From Flaccisagitta enflata (Eukaryota), in NCBI GenBank assembly GCA_965153355.1, contig OZ231126.1, forward strand, positions 33,480,001-33,544,000: a stretch of DNA of 64,000 nucleotides. Direction: 5' to 3'. Below are positions 61,987 through 64,000 of the stretch, one piece after another (the first letter of the stretch is position 1; each line of letters starts with the position of its first letter). The notes beneath the pieces were generated by a model. The model made no database searches and had not been told where the DNA came from. It saw only the letters and a list, made by a program, of their open reading frames with translations. A program made the position numbers and the translations under genes.

Positions 61987-64000
61987 TTTTTAGTCGCGTG
62001 CACGCGACTCTACAACCCACTCTGTCCGTCGGTCCGTTGGTCGGTCGGTCGGTCGGTCGGTAACACTTTGCTTTTTTGTGTCGTTTTTGGTCATTTTTGG
62101 TTGCTTTTAGTCATTTTTGGTCATTTTTGGTTGCTTTTAGTCATTTTTGGTCATTTTTGGTCATTTTGGTCATTTTGGTCATTTTGGTCATTTTGGTCAT
62201 TTTGGTCATTTTGGTCATTTTGGTCATTTTGGTCATTTATGGTCATTTTTGGTCGTTTGTGATCATTCATAATCATTTTTAATCTTTTCTAATCATTTTT
62301 AATCATTTTTGATCATTTTTGGTCATTTTTGGTCATTTTGATCATTTTCGTCATTTTGGCCATTTTGGTCATTTTGGTCATTTTTGGTCATTTTTGATCA
62401 TTTTTGATCATTTTTGATCATTTTGGGTCATTTCTGGTTATTTTTGATCATTTTTTTGTCATTTTCGGTCATTTTTGGTCATTTTGGTCATTTTGGTCAT
62501 ATTGGTCATTTTGGTCATTTTTGATCAATTTTGGTCATATTTGATCATTTTTGGTCATTTTGGGTCATTTTGGGTCGTTTTGGGTCATTTTGTGTCATTT
62601 TTGGACATTTCTGGCTATTTTTGATCATTTTTTGTCATTTTTGGTCTTTTTTGATCATTTTTGGGCATTTTGGTCATATTGGTCATTTTGGTCATTTTTG
62701 ATCAATTTTGGTCATTTTTGATCATTTTTGGTCATTTTTGGTCATTTTGGGTCATCTTGGGTCATTTTGGGTCATTTTGTGTCATTTTTTGTCATTATTG
62801 GTCATTTTTGGTCATTTTTGGTCATTTTTGGTCATTTTTGGTCATTTTTGGACTTTTCAGGTCATTTGAGGTCATTTTAGGTCATTTTAGGTCACTTTGA
62901 TAATTTTTGGTCATTTTTGGTCATTTTTGGTCATTTTTGGTCATTTTTGGTCATTTTTGGTCGTTTTTGGGCAGCGGCCCCGAAGGGGCCGATGACCTAT
63001 GCTTTCACACATAGGGGAAATTTTTCCTTCTCCTCCTCCTTCTCCGTCCACCCCCTTCGAAGCTCATATCCTGGCCTTGGGGCCATAATCCTAGTCTAGA
63101 GGCCCAGATCCTGATCTAGAGGCCCAAATTCTTGCCTCAAGACTCAAATCCCAACCTTGAGGGCTCATATCCCAGTCTAGAGGCCCATATCCCAGCCTTG
63201 AAGCCCATATCCCAGACTCGAGGCCCATATCCCAGCCTAGAGGCCCATATCCCAGCCTAGAGGCCCATATCCCAGCCTCGAGGCTCACATCCCAGCATAA
63301 AGGCTCGTATCCCAGCCTAAAGTCTCATATCCCAGCCTCAAGTCTCAAACACCAGCCTTGAGGCTTAAATCACAGCCTCATGGCTCTTATCACAGCCTTT
63401 AGGCTCAAATCACAGACTCGAGGCTCAAATCACAGCCTCATGGCTCAAATCAGAGCCTCATGGCTCAAATCACAGCCTTCAGGCTCAAATTCAATCCTAG
63501 AGCTTCAAAACTTACTAAGCATAGGTCATCGGCCCCTTCGGGGCCGCTGCCCCTCTCACCATCACACATCACAAATACTCAAATAGGGGCAACGGGTACC
63601 GCTGACCATCTAACGCTTTTGCGACTATTGGTCATTTTGGTCATTTCTGGTCATTTTTGGTCATTTTTGGTCATTCTTGGTTATTTTTGGACATTTTTGT
63701 TCATTTTTGGTCATTTTGGTCATTTTTGGTCTTTTTTGGTCATTTTTGATCATTTTTGGTCATTTTGGCCATATTGGTCATTCTTGGTCATTTTTGGTCA
63801 TCTTTGGTCATCTTTGGTCATTTTGGTCATTTTGGTCATTTTGGTCATTTTTGGTCATTTTTGGTCATTTTTGGTCATTTTGGTTTAAGTCTGCTGGTTA
63901 AAGTCTGCTGGTTAAAGTCTGCTGGTTGAAGTCTGCTGGTTTAAATCTAATGGTTTAAGTATGCAGGTCTAATGGTTTAAGTCTGCTGGTTTAAGTCTGC
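61987..64000 (+). mobile_element. HINE family A copy (runs off the window) with (GGTCATTTT[T])n and (AAGTCTGCTGGTT)n arrays
   Basis: TTTTTAGTCGCGTGCACGCGACT palindromic 5' end, (GGTC)n, then the same ordered minisatellites as 7294-26137 in reverse complement. Confidence 0.78.
62964..63629 (+). mobile_element. HINE family B, complete copy nested in HINE-A
   Basis: TTTTT-GGGCAGCGGCCCCGAAGGGGCCGATGACCTATGCTT ... AAGCATAGGTCATCGGCCCCTTCGGGGCCGCTGCCC, then a ~75-bp tail ending GCGACTATT; no TSD. Confidence 0.85.

Overview
Repeat-saturated eukaryotic (probably invertebrate animal) genomic DNA with no recognisable intact host gene. The only convincing coding sequence is an 8.65-kb single-frame unit at 11288-19939 (+). 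It encodes a Helentron/Helitron2-type rolling-circle transposase polyprotein: N-terminal SGNH hydrolase, 15-aa helical repeats, C4 Zn motif, HUH Rep (Y2), PIF1-family helicase, APE-like endonuclease and a C-terminal USP/C19-type cysteine protease. One in-frame TGA splits it where the conserved 'RQLGxPT' glycine should be. It sits inside a nest of non-autonomous Helentron-like (HINE/DINE-1-like) elements, and at least four such families are scattered through the window. The rest comprises about 18 kb of a 15-bp satellite (GATACAATCCTCAAA) with a ~5-kb internal duplication, a 7.7-kb TIR element with a 4-bp TSD inserted in that satellite, several MITEs with clear TIR/TSD, several 200-650 bp foldback palindromes, micro/minisatellites and a probable decayed 7TM-like pseudogene. 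Nearly all other ORFs in the track are artefacts of tandem repeats. All calls are by eye; no searches were run.
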